Part shown: positions 31,762 through 32,000 of the stretch, one piece after another
Numbering within the stretch: position 1 is the first letter of the stretch
Layout of the letters: every line of letters begins with the position of its first letter
DNA from: Thermodesulfobacterium commune DSM 2178
GTDB lineage: Bacteria; Desulfobacterota; Thermodesulfobacteria; Thermodesulfobacteriales; Thermodesulfobacteriaceae
Direction of reading: 5' to 3'
Assembly: GCF_000734015.1 (NCBI RefSeq)
Contig: NZ_CP008796.1
Span: forward strand, 90,001-122,000
Length of the DNA: 32,000 nucleotides
Made by a program: the position numbers and the translations under genes
Notes under the pieces: model-generated
Seen by the model: only the letters and a program-made list of their open reading frames with translations
Databases searched by the model: none
Told to the model about the DNA's origin: nothing

Positions 31762-32000
31762 TTAGAGAAATAAATTCAAGATGTTTTTAAAAGGTATAGC
31801 ACCAGCTCTAATCAAAGAAAGTTGATTGTTCACCACAGAAACTACCGTAGATGGAGAAGTCGCTTCTAAATAGCCATAATCGACTATAAAGTCAAGATCT
31901 GGAAGTTGTTGTATAACTTCTTCGGGAGAAGAACAAGGAGGCTTTTCTGAAAGATTAGCACTGGTTCCGGTTATAGGTTTACCAAAGGCTTTGACAATGG
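31762..32000 (-). CDS. L-threonylcarbamoyladenylate synthase (TsaC/YrdC/Sua5 family), C-terminal 78 codons; the 5' end lies beyond the window
   Basis: Minus-strand translation reads ...IVKAFGKPITGTSANLSEKPPCSSPEEVIQQL...STVVSVVNNQLSLIRAGAIPF...*, including the YrdC-domain motifs TSAN(L)SG-like and STVV. The stop codon is the complement of 31762-31764. Confidence 0.7.
   Translation of the reverse strand, partial: IVKAFGKPITGTSANLSEKPPCSSPEEVIQQLPDLDFIVDYGYLEATSPSTVVSVVNNQLSLIRAGAIPFKNILNLFL

Noticed and set aside
1-32000. Search for CRISPR arrays, tRNA, rRNA or tmRNA genes
   Set aside because: No regularly spaced direct repeats, and no cloverleaf-like or rRNA-like conserved segments, were seen in the few non-coding stretches. 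The intergenic space is accounted for by promoters, the two MITE copies and the IS.

Overview
This is a low-GC, tightly packed bacterial chromosomal segment. The short gaps, many overlapping start/stop codons and K/E/I-rich proteins suggest a thermophile, but that is inference only.

Gene order, left to right:
- lysA on the minus strand, running off the window start.
- A ~490-bp MITE-like element.
- A translationally coupled MoxR-type AAA+ ATPase and a 612-aa unknown partner.
- A receiver-less sigma-54 activator broken by an in-frame TAA.
- An exported 620-aa TPR-like protein.
- A second sigma-54 activator with a degenerate receiver, followed 3 nt later by flgB-flgC-fliE-fliF-fliG-fliH-fliI-fliJ and a ylxF/MotE-like gene.
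- A convergent CBS-PAS-GGDEF diguanylate cyclase.
- A second, inverted MITE copy.
- A redox and housekeeping block: fur-family regulator, ykgJ-like, queC, tpx, wrbA, argH, tandem usp, yacG, trxB-like, alr, tatA/B, tatC.
- An IS110-family insertion sequence between tatC and apgM.
- apgM, nadB, a small zinc-ribbon protein, and a partial tsaC/yrdC-like gene on the minus strand.

No rRNA, tRNA or CRISPR array was recognised.

Most interesting observations:
1. The inverted MITE pair brackets the whole 16.4-kb regulatory, flagellar and c-di-GMP block. Its termini carry an exact sigma-28 -10 consensus.
2. The IS110 element has a promoter-driven, structured ~185-nt leader that is a bridge-RNA candidate. 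It also has an in-frame TGA in the recombinase gene, a reconstructable CAGGAG target site, and a 477-codon antisense ORF in exact codon register.
3. The AAA+ ATPase and its unknown partner form an uncharacterised module.
4. The flagellar regulatory layout is unusual: there is no kinase, one activator is broken, and one looks phosphorylation-independent. A sigma-54-type promoter sits in front of the TPR gene.
5. alr has no canonical start codon.

All functional calls come from reading motifs by eye. No database search was possible.
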